A stretch of 64,000 bases of DNA. Origin: Arcobacteraceae bacterium (lineage in GTDB: Bacteria > Campylobacterota > Campylobacteria > Campylobacterales > Arcobacteraceae). The DNA is taken from contig CBDCZH010000005.1 in the NCBI GenBank assembly GCA_965224485.1, positions 1-64,000 on the forward strand. The letters run 5' to 3'. Positions 8,301 to 18,905 of this stretch are shown piece after piece. The position numbers were made by a program, and so were the translations under genes. Each line of letters begins with the position of its first letter. The first letter of the stretch is position 1. Below the pieces are notes generated by a model. It ran no database searches and was not told where the DNA came from. It saw only the letters and a program-made list of their open reading frames with translations.

Positions 8301-9395
8301 ATGTCAACTTCTACTTTAAGTAGTGATTTCAAATCTCTTGTTTTATCTAAAATACCACTCATAGATGTAAGAGCACCCATTGAATTTAATAAAGGCGCAT
8401 TTCCTAATGCAATTAATTTACCTATTCTTACAGATGAAGAGAGACATTTAATTGGTATAAAGTATAAAGAAGCTGGAAATAAAGAGGCTATTGCTCTTGG
8501 ACATAAAATTGTTACAGGTGAAGTAAAAAAAACTAGAATTAAAGCTTGGCTTGATTTTAAAAAAGATAAAAAAGATGCTCTTTTATACTGCTTTAGGGGT
8601 GGTCAACGCTCAAAAATAGCACAAGAGTGGATAAGTGAGTATTATCCTAATATTGTTCGCTTAGAGGGTGGTTATAAAGCTTTTAGAAATTATTTGATGA
8701 ATGAAATAGATAAGTCACCACAATATTTTAAAGCTATTATTTTAGGAGGTTATACGGGTAGTGGAAAAACTATTTTACTAAATACAATAGAAAATTCTAT
8801 TGACCTTGAAGGAATAGCTAATCATAGAGGTTCTAGTTTTGGTAAAAAGATAACAAAACAACCAGCACAAATAGATTTTGAAAATTCTTTAGCCTATGAC
8901 TTGATTCAAAAAGTTAATAAAGGTTTTTCTCAACTTTTATTCGAAGATGAAGGTAAATATATAGGAAAAGTTTATATTCCAAAGAATTTTGCAGAATATT
9001 TATCTAAAGCTCCCCTGATAGTTCTTGAAACTTCTTTTCTTAAAAGAGTAAGTATTACTTTTGATGAATATATTTTAAAAGCGCAAGTAGATTATGAAAA
9101 TACTTTTGAAGATGATTATCTTGAACTTTGGGCTAATGAAATAAAAACTTCAATGCAAAGGATACAAAAAAGATTAGGAAGTATGAGATATAAAGTTTTA
9201 TGCCAATTATTTAATAATGCTTTTACTAAACAAAAAGAAAACAAAAGTTTAGAAAAACACAAAGAATGGATAGCCTATCTTTTAAAAGAGTATTATGATC
9301 CTATGTATTCGTATCAGCTTCAAAAAAACAAAGATAGAATAATATTTAAAGGTACTTCAAGTGATATTATTAATTATTTAAAGGAATTAAAATAA
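8301..9395 (+). CDS. selU: tRNA 2-selenouridine synthase
   Basis: Rhodanese IDVRAPIEF and YCFRGGQRS; P-loop GYTGSGKT; HRGSSFG; YYDPMY. Confidence 0.95.
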   Translation: MSTSTLSSDFKSLVLSKIPLIDVRAPIEFNKGAFPNAINLPILTDEERHLIGIKYKEAGNKEAIALGHKIVTGEVKKTRIKAWLDFKKDKKDALLYCFRGGQRSKIAQEWISEYYPNIVRLEGGYKAFRNYLMNEIDKSPQYFKAIILGGYTGSGKTILLNTIENSIDLEGIANHRGSSFGKKITKQPAQIDFENSLAYDLIQKVNKGFSQLLFEDEGKYIGKVYIPKNFAEYLSKAPLIVLETSFLKRVSITFDEYILKAQVDYENTFEDDYLELWANEIKTSMQRIQKRLGSMRYKVLCQLFNNAFTKQKENKSLEKHKEWIAYLLKEYYDPMYSYQLQKNKDRIIFKGTSSDIINYLKELK

Positions 9396-10294
9396 TGAAT
9401 AAAATACAAAACTTAATAGAACCATTAAACTTAATATATTATGAATATGATGCGAAAAACAATATTTTAATTTTGGATAAAAATTGGACAAAAAAAGATA
9501 TGTTCAAAGAACTTGTAAAAATAACTTATGCTCTTAGTAGTAAAAAGATAATCTTTTTTATAGATGAAAATAAATCAATAGTTATATCCCATAAAGACTC
9601 AATAATTAAAAGAATTAATAGGTTTTTTACCTCAATAATTATAAATATAAGAAATAAAAGAATGAATATTTATATTTTAAGTGATAAAAAAGTAAAGTGG
9701 GCTAAAAACTTGCCTATGATTAAAATAGAAACAATAAAACAAGATGTTGATTTTTCTTCTTATGATGCTTTAATTTTTACTTCTAAAAATGCAATTTATT
9801 CTCTTGATGAAATGGATGAAACCTGGAAGAAAAAACCTGCCTACGTTGTAGCTCCACAAACAGCAAAAGTGCTTAAACACTTAGGTGGAAATCTTAAATT
9901 TGTTGGAAAAGAAAAGTATGGAAATGCATTTGCACAAGAGCTTATAAAAAAGTTTAAAAATCAAAAACTTATGTATGTAAGAGGTTCAAAAATCGTATCA
10001 GACCTTATAAATATTTTAAATACGAATGGTATTGTTTGTGATGAATTAATAGTTTATAAAACAAGAGGTATAAAATATGATAAAAAAATAAACTTACCTA
10101 AAAACTCTAAAATTATATTTTCTTCACCCTCCACTATTGAACATTTTTTAAAAAATGTTATATGGAATGAGACTTATACAGCAATAGCTATAGGAAATAC
10201 AAGTGCTAAATATTTTCCCCATAATATTATTCCTATTATTGCAGATACTACTTCTTTAGATTCTTGTGTAAAAAAAGCAATAGAGATAAACTAA
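9395..10294 (+). CDS. hemD: Uroporphyrinogen-III synthase with ~90-aa N-terminal extension
   Basis: YDALIFTSKNA, IFSSPST, AIAIGNTSA. Confidence 0.8.
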   Translation: MNKIQNLIEPLNLIYYEYDAKNNILILDKNWTKKDMFKELVKITYALSSKKIIFFIDENKSIVISHKDSIIKRINRFFTSIIINIRNKRMNIYILSDKKVKWAKNLPMIKIETIKQDVDFSSYDALIFTSKNAIYSLDEMDETWKKKPAYVVAPQTAKVLKHLGGNLKFVGKEKYGNAFAQELIKKFKNQKLMYVRGSKIVSDLINILNTNGIVCDELIVYKTRGIKYDKKINLPKNSKIIFSSPSTIEHFLKNVIWNETYTAIAIGNTSAKYFPHNIIPIIADTTSLDSCVKKAIEIN

Positions 10295-11520
10295 TTAAAC
10301 AAATAAATAGAAAAAACAATTAAGAATATATTTAATAGTATAAAAGCTCTATATGAAAATATAGAAGCTAGTGATATTAGTAAATATGATACAAATAGCC
10401 ATAAAGGCGAACTTACATTAAAGGTTTGTATTTTATAGTTTAAGAAATACTCTAAAATAAAATCCAAAATAAAAGCTTGATTTATTAGATGTAAAAATAG
10501 CTCTAAGGGATAAAAAAGAATGAATAAGAAGGTTATTATAGGCGAGTATAATTGCTCGTATGCTGTAATTTGAAAAAAATAGTGGGTCAAAGGATTCATA
10601 CTTAAGAAAATCCAATAATTAAAAAATAGTACTTGAAGATATTTATTTAGATTTTTAAAATATTGTAAATATAAAAATATATAAAAAACTCCAAACATTG
10701 AAAACCAAAGTGATAGTGAAAATATATATTTTGGAAATAAAACTATTATGATTATAAAAGTTAATAATAGTGTTTTAAAAGATAATATTTTTATTCTTGA
10801 TCGTAAAAAATAGATTCCTAGACTTAACATTATAAAAGCCCTTAAGAGTGAAGGAACTACAGAAGTAAGCAAGAGATATAAAAATAAAAAAACTAGAACA
10901 ATAAGTAAAATATCAAACTTTTTATTTCTATATGGCAAGTATTTTTGATGTACAGGCGAGTAGAAAGCATAAAAAATCCAATAAAGTACAAAAGACAAGA
11001 TACTTAAGTGAAAGCCTGAAATTGCAATAATATGAGATATACCAAAAGCGGCAAACTTATCTCTTAAGTTTTTACCTAAAGGAATAGCTAAAAATAAAGC
11101 TTGAAATATTTCTTGTATTTGTTTGTTTTGATGCTGAGAATTTATATGATTTATTAGTTTGTTTTCATTATTTTTTAAAAGATGCAAAGAAATATTATTT
11201 GTATAAAAACCTTTTAAATAAGAATAAAATGAAATCTTATTTGTTAGTATTATTATACTTATTCTTGAGTTTTTTTTAAGATTTTTAAGTTCTTTAAGAT
11301 TTTTTTGAATTTTAGTAAAAAAAGTAAAAGTATTTGTTTTGATTTTTAAAATATCATAATCTTTTTTCTCATAAATATTTACAATTCTACTTTGAAGTTT
11401 TAAAAAGTTGTTCTGCTTAAAATCTTTATAATTATGATATTCATAAGATATATTTATTATAAAGATTAAAACAAAGATGCAAAAAAGTATTATGAAGTTT
11501 TTATTTATCTGGATATACAT
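10291..11520 (-). CDS. comEC: ComEC/Rec2 competence membrane protein
   Basis: GISHIIAISGFHL, PSLLRA, SLWFS; multiple TM helices. Confidence 0.9.
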   Translation of the reverse strand: MYIQINKNFIILFCIFVLIFIINISYEYHNYKDFKQNNFLKLQSRIVNIYEKKDYDILKIKTNTFTFFTKIQKNLKELKNLKKNSRISIIILTNKISFYSYLKGFYTNNISLHLLKNNENKLINHINSQHQNKQIQEIFQALFLAIPLGKNLRDKFAAFGISHIIAISGFHLSILSFVLYWIFYAFYSPVHQKYLPYRNKKFDILLIVLVFLFLYLLLTSVVPSLLRAFIMLSLGIYFLRSRIKILSFKTLLLTFIIIIVLFPKYIFSLSLWFSMFGVFYIFLYLQYFKNLNKYLQVLFFNYWIFLSMNPLTHYFFQITAYEQLYSPIITFLFILFYPLELFLHLINQAFILDFILEYFLNYKIQTFNVSSPLWLFVSYLLISLASIFSYRAFILLNIFLIVFSIYLFN

Positions 11521-11566
11521 AAAAAAGTATATCCAAATAATTTTATTTATTATTTAAAAGAGCCTT

Positions 11567-13669
11567 TTATTTAATTTTTTTCCAAATACTCATTTCGGAA
11601 ACTGAATGTTGATACTTTCTACTTGTTTCTTTAATTACAAAAGGAACATCAATAGTAGAAATAAGTTCAAAATCTTTTAAGTTATCAACTAAAGTATCTA
11701 AGGTATGTACTTCTTTATTATTTTTCAAATATCCACCTAACCAATTTTCTTTTAAGGTATATTCTTCTAACCAAGTATAAGGGCTTAAAAGAACTAATAA
11801 ACCATCTTTATTAACTCTAGAAGGAATATCATCTAAGAACTTTTGAGGATAATATAATCTATCTATTAAATTTGAACAAAAGATTAAATCATATGAGGTG
11901 TAAATATCTTTTAAATTACAAGCATCACCTTGCATAAAAGTAACTCTATTTTTATACTCTTCTAGATTAAAGTCTTTTAGTGAAATACTGTTTTGTGTAA
12001 ATAGCTCACCTTGACTTGTTATTTTATACGTTAAAGTATTGAATTTTTTTAATTTTATTCCAACATTTATGAAATTGCTTGAGAAATCAACTCCTAAAAC
12101 ATTTTTAAAAATTGTTGCTAGTTCAAAACTAGAACGCCCTACTGAACAGCCTAAATCTAAAGCTTTATCTTTTTTAATATCTTTTAAATATGGTCTTAAT
12201 AAATCAACTGAGTTTTTAGGAAAGTTTTTAACATCAAAATATTCACTTCCATAATGAAACTCACAATATTGTGAAACCTGTTCATGTGTTTCATAAACAT
12301 TTGCATTTAATTCTTCTCTATATTCATTTGAAGAACAAACATATCTAAACCCAGCATGCTGAAAAAAATGTTTTCTAAAAGCATACCTAGAATCTTTTAG
12401 TGTTTCATTTCCTAAAGACATAAAAGAACCACCTTTAATTAAAGCATGTTTATCATCATACGTTGGAGTTGTAAAGTCATCATAAATCTTATGTGCTTCA
12501 AAACCATCATAAGGGTAAATAGGAGTTATACTCCATTGCCAAACATTTCCTCTAACATCATAAAAATCACCCATTTTATACTTATCTACAGGAGTTTGAT
12601 TAAAATGTTTTAAAGCAATATTAGCCTCATATTTACAGGCTTTTGTAAAAGAGTATAAACAGTAATATTCATCTTCACTAGGTAATCTAACTTCAAAACC
12701 TAAAATCTCACTTTTATACTTACAAAAAGCCTGGGCTTCATAAAAGTTTATATCAACTGGGTAATTTAAAGGTAGAAGAACTTCTCTATTTATCTCTCTT
12801 AAAAAATATTTATCATCTTTTTGAATCCAAAAACTAGGCATTTTTGCCCCTGTAAACTCTAGCCATTTTTTAGCTTCTTTTGAGAAATAGTGAGTTTTAT
12901 TATAACAATCAGCTTTAACAAATTCTAAAAATTCTCCATTTGATACTAAATATTTAGAAGCTTTAAAATCATTTATTTTATTTTTATGATAAGAAAACTC
13001 ATTGTCCCAGCCATAATATTTGGGCTTATCTCTATTTTTCTCAATTAATACTTCTTTCCCCGTAACAGAAAGTAGCTCATTTTTTGGATAAGTATCACTT
13101 CTTTCATTGTTGTAGGGAAATATCTCATTAGAATTTAAATACTTAAGATCTAATTGTCTTAATAAAACAGAAGAAGTTTCTATATGAATATTTATATGCT
13201 CAATTCCCATTAAAATAATCCACATAGGACTATTCCAATTTATTGGCATTGTAAAAACCATATTATCAATCAGATCTAAAACTAAAGTTTTTACTTTTTG
13301 TCTATAATCATAGGTTTCTTTAAAAGATGGCCAAGAATAGTTTTTTGAATTTAAATCATCCCAAGACATTTCATCAACACCAATAGCAAAATTTGCTTCA
13401 ATTTTCTCATCTACTCTATTTTGTATTATATTTGCAACATTTAGTTTATTTACAAAAAAAGTAGCAGTATGTCCATAATAAAAAATAATTGGATGTCTTA
13501 GCTTATTTGCTTGTTGTAAAATATTCTCTTTTTCTTTTAACACATCAAAAAGTTTTTCATCTAAAGAAAAAGTATGTAAAAAGTATTCTTTTATTTCTTC
13601 TCTTTTTTCTTCAACACTTCCTTGCTGTAAATTAATATTTAATTTAACTTTATTCATAAAATCATTCAT
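11567..13669 (-). CDS. ovoA: 5-histidylcysteine sulfoxide synthase / methyltransferase (ovothiol biosynthesis)
   Basis: LRHPIIFYYGHTA, GVDEMSWDDL, HxxxHxE (HINIHIETSSVL), FGE-sulfatase GNVWQW, and SAM methyltransferase ALDLGCSVGR. Confidence 0.93.
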   Translation of the reverse strand: MNDFMNKVKLNINLQQGSVEEKREEIKEYFLHTFSLDEKLFDVLKEKENILQQANKLRHPIIFYYGHTATFFVNKLNVANIIQNRVDEKIEANFAIGVDEMSWDDLNSKNYSWPSFKETYDYRQKVKTLVLDLIDNMVFTMPINWNSPMWIILMGIEHINIHIETSSVLLRQLDLKYLNSNEIFPYNNERSDTYPKNELLSVTGKEVLIEKNRDKPKYYGWDNEFSYHKNKINDFKASKYLVSNGEFLEFVKADCYNKTHYFSKEAKKWLEFTGAKMPSFWIQKDDKYFLREINREVLLPLNYPVDINFYEAQAFCKYKSEILGFEVRLPSEDEYYCLYSFTKACKYEANIALKHFNQTPVDKYKMGDFYDVRGNVWQWSITPIYPYDGFEAHKIYDDFTTPTYDDKHALIKGGSFMSLGNETLKDSRYAFRKHFFQHAGFRYVCSSNEYREELNANVYETHEQVSQYCEFHYGSEYFDVKNFPKNSVDLLRPYLKDIKKDKALDLGCSVGRSSFELATIFKNVLGVDFSSNFINVGIKLKKFNTLTYKITSQGELFTQNSISLKDFNLEEYKNRVTFMQGDACNLKDIYTSYDLIFCSNLIDRLYYPQKFLDDIPSRVNKDGLLVLLSPYTWLEEYTLKENWLGGYLKNNKEVHTLDTLVDNLKDFELISTIDVPFVIKETSRKYQHSVSEMSIWKKIK

Positions 13670-13701
13670 TTTTAACCTTAGTATTTAAATACTTTTATTA
13701 T

Positions 13702-14181
13702 TTATATAATTTTTTCTTTACTTAAAATTATTCCGTCTTTATCTGCATAAACATAATCTCCAGTAGAAAAACTAACTCCACCAAAAGAAACGTCTACATC
13801 TCTTATACCTTTACAAATGGGTATATATTTTCTTGGGCAAACACCTAATGCATATAAAGCAACATCTATATCTTTTATTTGTAAAGAATCTCTAATATAT
13901 CCATTTACTATAATAGCTTCATAAGAATTGTTTTTAGCAAAATTCATTAAGTTTTCACCAACAACGGCAAAATATTCTTTATTCACATCAACAACTACTA
14001 CTTTTCCACTTCCATCTTCTTCTTGTAATAATTTTAGTAAATCAGAGTTATTTTTATCTAACTTTATCGTTATAACCTTAGCTTTAAATCTAATCTTAGC
14101 TCCATAATTTGTAAAATCATTATCTAGTACATACACCTTATCACTATATTCATCACAGATATCTGCTGTAAAAAAATCCAT
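13702..14181 (-). CDS. rraA: RraA family protein (HMG aldolase-like)
   Basis: TADICD, AVVGENL, GYIRD, GDYVYADKDGI. Confidence 0.9.
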   Translation of the reverse strand: MDFFTADICDEYSDKVYVLDNDFTNYGAKIRFKAKVITIKLDKNNSDLLKLLQEEDGSGKVVVVDVNKEYFAVVGENLMNFAKNNSYEAIIVNGYIRDSLQIKDIDVALYALGVCPRKYIPICKGIRDVDVSFGGVSFSTGDYVYADKDGIILSKEKII

Positions 14182-14312
14182 TTTATTTCCTTTTATTACT
14201 AATAAAATTTTTATAAGTTATTTATTGTTTTAATTATGTAGATTTTATGTAAATATTACTTAGTTTTAGCTATTGTAAAAGTAGTTAAGATAACAAATAA
14301 TAGGTAATAATA

Positions 14313-14729
14313 ATGAAAGTAGTAACAGGAGTTGTAGGCAACGATATTCATGTTGTAGCAAATAGATTAATTGATTTATCCTTACAAGCAAGAGGGTTTG
14401 AGGTATTTAACCTAGGGGTTAATACTTATTTAGAAGAGTTTTTTGATGCTCTTGTTGAAACAAATGCTGATATTCTTCTAATTTCATCTTTAAATGGTGA
14501 AGCTGAGGGTTGGTGTAGAGAAGTTGGTATTTTAAAATCAAAATATAAAGATTTACTCTCAAATGTAGTATTTATGATAGGTGGAAATTTAGTTGTAGGA
14601 ACTTCTGATCCTAAAACTATTGTTCCTAAGTTTAAAAACTATGGTTTTGATTTAGTTTTTCATCAAGTTGATTTAAACACAGGTCTTGATGAATTAGAAA
14701 AATATATTAAAAATAAAAAGAGTTCATAA
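14313..14729 (+). CDS. mamA: Glutamate (methylaspartate) mutase S subunit, B12-binding
   Basis: GVVGNDIHVVA (DxH cobalamin motif), ISSLNG, IGGNLVVG. Confidence 0.88.
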   Translation: MKVVTGVVGNDIHVVANRLIDLSLQARGFEVFNLGVNTYLEEFFDALVETNADILLISSLNGEAEGWCREVGILKSKYKDLLSNVVFMIGGNLVVGTSDPKTIVPKFKNYGFDLVFHQVDLNTGLDELEKYIKNKKSS

Positions 14730-14730
14730 G

Positions 14731-16095
14731 ATGAGTTTATTACAAGAAGAGAGAGAAATAATATTAAACAATGAGTTTGTAGAAAATTTTGACTTTCAAG
14801 AAGTTGAACATTTTATTAAAAATGCATCTAAAGATCTTTTTATTTCATATAACTTTAAAACAAAAAACAAAATGTTAGTTCAACCCCGTGGTGGTTTTCC
14901 TACTTATGATAAACAGTTTGCTTTAAATGAATTTTTTGTAAAAGCAAATGTTGATGTACTTCCTTTAACAATAGATTCAAATACTAGATTAAATGATTAT
15001 GCAACAGCTAAAAAAATGCTAAGACTTAGTGAAGAAAATGATGTAGATATGTTGAATGGTTATCCTTTAGTAAATCATGGATATAGAACCACAAGAAAAA
15101 TGATAACACATTTTAATAAACCAGTAAGTTTACGACATGGAACACCAGATGCCAGACTTTTAATTGAAACTGCTTTAGCTTCTGGTATTTTTGAAATAGA
15201 AGGTGGACCTATTACTTATTTATTACCTTATTCAAAAAACTTTCCTTTAGATAAGGCTTTTTTATATTGGAAATATGTTGAAAGAGTTTGTGCTAACTAT
15301 TCCCAACTAAATGAACCAATAAATAGAGAATCTTTTGGCCCTTTAACAGCAACTTTAGTACCTCCTTGTATAACAATAGTAATACAACTCCTAGAGATGT
15401 TACTTTCTTTAGAAGAAGGTGTAAAATCTTTTTCAGTATCTTTTTCTCAAACTGGTTCTATGAATCAAGATATAGTAACAGGAGCAGTTATAAGAAAACT
15501 ATCTGCTTATTATGCAAAACAAATTTCCTGTGAAGATGCTAGTATTCACTTAGTTTACCACCAGTGGATGGGGGCTTTTCCAACAAATAAAGATTATGCT
15601 GAACAACTTATAAATATGAGCACTATAATTGCTGCTATGGTTGGGGCTGATAAGATTATTACTAAAACAAGAGAAGAAGCCTCAGGAATTCCTACAAAAG
15701 AAGCAAATGCAAAAACTGTTGCGAATACACAATATACCTTAGGAATTTTAAATGGTCTGCCTTGTGTTGTTGATAAAGAAGAAGAAGAAATTCTAAGTTT
15801 AGAAGTTATGTCAATAATGGAGGCTGTTTTTAATGACCAAGCAGATACTTTATGGCGAAAAGTTTTTAACTGTATAAAAAATGGAATAATTGATGTTCCT
15901 TTTTCACCTCATATAATTAATAAAAATGAGTTAATAACTGTTAGAGATGCAAATAAGAATATAAGAATTATAAAAAGAGGAAATGTTCCTATAAGTGATA
16001 AATGTTTTGACTACGAAAAATCAAAATGTGATTTAAAAAAAGACACAAGCTCAATAGTAAATGATATTATTCATGATATAGGAATTATGCAATGA
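14731..16095 (+). CDS. glmE: Glutamate (methylaspartate) mutase E subunit
   Basis: QPRGG, TIDSNTR, LNGYPLVNHG, RHGTPD, EGGPI, NRESFG, WMG. Confidence 0.92.
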   Translation: MSLLQEEREIILNNEFVENFDFQEVEHFIKNASKDLFISYNFKTKNKMLVQPRGGFPTYDKQFALNEFFVKANVDVLPLTIDSNTRLNDYATAKKMLRLSEENDVDMLNGYPLVNHGYRTTRKMITHFNKPVSLRHGTPDARLLIETALASGIFEIEGGPITYLLPYSKNFPLDKAFLYWKYVERVCANYSQLNEPINRESFGPLTATLVPPCITIVIQLLEMLLSLEEGVKSFSVSFSQTGSMNQDIVTGAVIRKLSAYYAKQISCEDASIHLVYHQWMGAFPTNKDYAEQLINMSTIIAAMVGADKIITKTREEASGIPTKEANAKTVANTQYTLGILNGLPCVVDKEEEEILSLEVMSIMEAVFNDQADTLWRKVFNCIKNGIIDVPFSPHIINKNELITVRDANKNIRIIKRGNVPISDKCFDYEKSKCDLKKDTSSIVNDIIHDIGIMQ

Positions 16096-17279
16096 GTACA
16101 GTAAATGAAAAACTTTTAATAGATATAGGAAGTACTTATTTCAAAATAAGTACAAAGGAAAAAGTACAGCAATACTTTCGTGATTTTAATAAAGATATAT
16201 ATGAAGACTTAAAAGACAAGTGTGGTGATATTTTAACTAGGTATTCTAAAGATGATGTTTTTATCTGCTCTTCTGCAAATGGAGGGTTAAGTACCTTAAT
16301 TATAGGTCTTAGTGACTCTTTTTCTCTTAAATATGCTACAAATATTGCTTTTAATTCTGGAATTAATATTATTGATACTATTTTGTATAGAAATATAGAA
16401 GAATATTCTATTCCTTCTGAGCTTATTGATGTTGTTATAATTGTGGGAGCCATTGATTCAGTGTCAAATATTTTCTCCCAAGATTTATTTTCATATTTAG
16501 AAAAAATATCATATTCAAATATTGTTTATACTGGAAGTATTTTAGAAGCTTCTAACTTAAAGAAAAATATTAAGAAGTTAACAGTATTAGCTAATATTAT
16601 TGATAATAGACTACAAATAGTAGAAGAGCATTTAAAAGAATATTTAACAAATTTATATCAAGCTGATATTATGGGAAAAGAAGACATAAAAAGTTTGTAT
16701 GAAATAAGTTCAAATCAAATTTATTCAACTCCTTATATAGTAAATAAAACACTTCCTTTTTTACATAAAAAATTTAAAGTTCTTGATCCTTTTTTATTAA
16801 TAGATATAGGAGGAGCTACAACAGACATTCACTATTCTAAAGATTTAGTAAAAGATAATATTGTTACAACTAATGAGTACGATAGATTAGTTTTTAAAAA
16901 ATTAGGGGTTTATAAATCTAGGGAATCTCTAATCTTTTCTGCTAAAAACAATGAATTTGTATATGAACTTTTAGCTCATCTAAAAGTTACTGAAAATATT
17001 TTTGAAGAACAAAGTGCTAAAGCTACAAAAATTTTAATGCAGCTTGCTATATTCTTGGTACTTTGTAAGGTATCAAAATATAAAAAATCCTATGTTACTT
17101 TAAAATTACATAGTTTAAATGCTTTTGTTTTAACAGGTGGAATTACAAAAGTTTTACAAAAAGATGAGTGCGAAGATATTATTAGCTTTTTTTATAAAAA
17201 AATACTAAACTCAGAACATAAACCAGCAATAATAATGGATGAAAACTATGATATCTGGACTATGGGTTTAAATAAATAA
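16092..17279 (+). CDS. glmL: GlmL glutamate-mutase reactivation factor (ASKHA ATPase)
   Basis: DIGSTYFK, CSSANGGL, DIGGATTDIH, LTGG. Confidence 0.85.
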   Translation: MSTVNEKLLIDIGSTYFKISTKEKVQQYFRDFNKDIYEDLKDKCGDILTRYSKDDVFICSSANGGLSTLIIGLSDSFSLKYATNIAFNSGINIIDTILYRNIEEYSIPSELIDVVIIVGAIDSVSNIFSQDLFSYLEKISYSNIVYTGSILEASNLKKNIKKLTVLANIIDNRLQIVEEHLKEYLTNLYQADIMGKEDIKSLYEISSNQIYSTPYIVNKTLPFLHKKFKVLDPFLLIDIGGATTDIHYSKDLVKDNIVTTNEYDRLVFKKLGVYKSRESLIFSAKNNEFVYELLAHLKVTENIFEEQSAKATKILMQLAIFLVLCKVSKYKKSYVTLKLHSLNAFVLTGGITKVLQKDECEDIISFFYKKILNSEHKPAIIMDENYDIWTMGLNK

Positions 17280-17307
17280 AAATTTTAGAATACCTAAGGA
17301 ATATATT

Positions 17308-18882
17308 ATGTCAATAAATTGTATAAGAACACTGTTAGAAGATGCGAATAAAACACACTCAAAGAAAACTGCTTTAATATTAGATGATAAAAGCATAACA
17401 TATGAAGAACTTTTTAAAAAAGTAAATCAAGTTGCTTTTTACTTAAAAGAGTTAAATTTAGAAAAAGGTTCAAGAATTGGAGTTTATTCTAAAAAAGGAA
17501 TTGAGCAAGTAGTCGCAATATTAGCAATTTTATCAAGTAATTATGTACTTGTTCCTTTAACAAGACTACTTAAATCAGAGCAAATTGAGTATATTATAAA
17601 TGATTGTGATATTAAATGTATTATTACTGATAAACTTAAACTTCAAAATATTGAAGAGATTAATTTTAAAGGTCATGTAATAGCTTATGAAACAACACAT
17701 AAAGAAATTGCATCTTTTGAAGAGATTTATAAGTATTATAATAAACCTTATGATTGTGAAATCAAAGGTCATGAAAATGCTATTATCACTTACTCTTTTG
17801 GAAGTTCTGGACGTCCTAAAGGAATAGTAATCTCGCATAGAAACTTAATTGATTCAGCAAGAGTAGTAAGCTCATACTTACATTTAAAAGAAGATGATGT
17901 TTTATCAGGTATTTTAATTTTTAATTTAGATTATGGTTTAAATCAGATTTTTTGCACACTATTTTGTAAAGCTACTTTAGCCCTTCATAGATTTATTTTA
18001 GCAGGTGACTTTTTCAATCATATTATAAATGACAAAGTAACAGTATTAGCTTTAATGCCTATACATATAACAGCAATGTTTGATGAAGAATTACAAAAAC
18101 TTCCAAGTTGCGAACTCTTAAAAAATCTTAGAATTATTACATCTTCAGGGGGTAATGTTACAACTAAGATGTTAAAAGATATTCAAAAATACTTCTCAAA
18201 CTCATCTTTTTACTCTATGCATGGTTTAACAGAAGCTTTTAGATCAACCTATTTAGATCCAAAACAGCTAAATATAAGACCTGATTCTATTGGAAAAGCT
18301 ATTTTGGATGTTGATTTATATGTTATAAATGAAGACGGAAATGAGTGTAAGGTTAGAGAAGTAGGTGAACTTATTCATAGAGGTGGATATATTTACAAGG
18401 GTTTTTGGAATGCTAAGGAAGAAACTAATCAGAGATTTAAATCTATTGATATTTTAAAAAAAGTTATCAACTTAGAAGGAGAGTTATCTGATGAAATTGT
18501 AATAGCAACTGGTGATTATGTTTATAAAGATGAAGAAGGATATTTTTACTTTGTTTGCAGAAAAGATAATATGATTAAAACAAGAGGTTTTAGAGTAAGT
18601 CCTTATGAAATCCAATCAGTTGTTGAGAAAAACATTCCAAGTATCGAGAAATGTGCAGTTTTTTCTATACATAATGAAGAGATTGAAGAAGAAATTATAT
18701 TAGTATATTCTTCTAAAAGTGAACTTTGTTCAACAGAAATTACTTTTGAACTTAAGAAACACTTAGCCTCATATATGATTCCAAGTAAAATAATCTATAG
18801 AAAGTCCATGCCTTTGATACCTAGTGATAAAAATAAGATTAATATAGAGGAATTAAAGAGTAGTTTAGACGATATTTCTTAA
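17308..18882 (+). CDS. AMP-dependent synthetase/ligase (ANL superfamily)
   Basis: YSFGSSGRPKG, DYGLNQ, HGLTEAFRST, TGD, RKDNMIKTRGFRVSP. Confidence 0.88.
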   Translation: MSINCIRTLLEDANKTHSKKTALILDDKSITYEELFKKVNQVAFYLKELNLEKGSRIGVYSKKGIEQVVAILAILSSNYVLVPLTRLLKSEQIEYIINDCDIKCIITDKLKLQNIEEINFKGHVIAYETTHKEIASFEEIYKYYNKPYDCEIKGHENAIITYSFGSSGRPKGIVISHRNLIDSARVVSSYLHLKEDDVLSGILIFNLDYGLNQIFCTLFCKATLALHRFILAGDFFNHIINDKVTVLALMPIHITAMFDEELQKLPSCELLKNLRIITSSGGNVTTKMLKDIQKYFSNSSFYSMHGLTEAFRSTYLDPKQLNIRPDSIGKAILDVDLYVINEDGNECKVREVGELIHRGGYIYKGFWNAKEETNQRFKSIDILKKVINLEGELSDEIVIATGDYVYKDEEGYFYFVCRKDNMIKTRGFRVSPYEIQSVVEKNIPSIEKCAVFSIHNEEIEEEIILVYSSKSELCSTEITFELKKHLASYMIPSKIIYRKSMPLIPSDKNKINIEELKSSLDDIS

Positions 18883-18905
18883 AATTTAGAAAAAAATTAG
18901 TTTTT

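Noticed and set aside
8301..13669. selU near ovoA as a selenometabolite (ovoselenol) cluster
   Set aside because: No selD in the window, the genes are on opposite strands separated by hemD and comEC, and OvoA has the ordinary fused methyltransferase.
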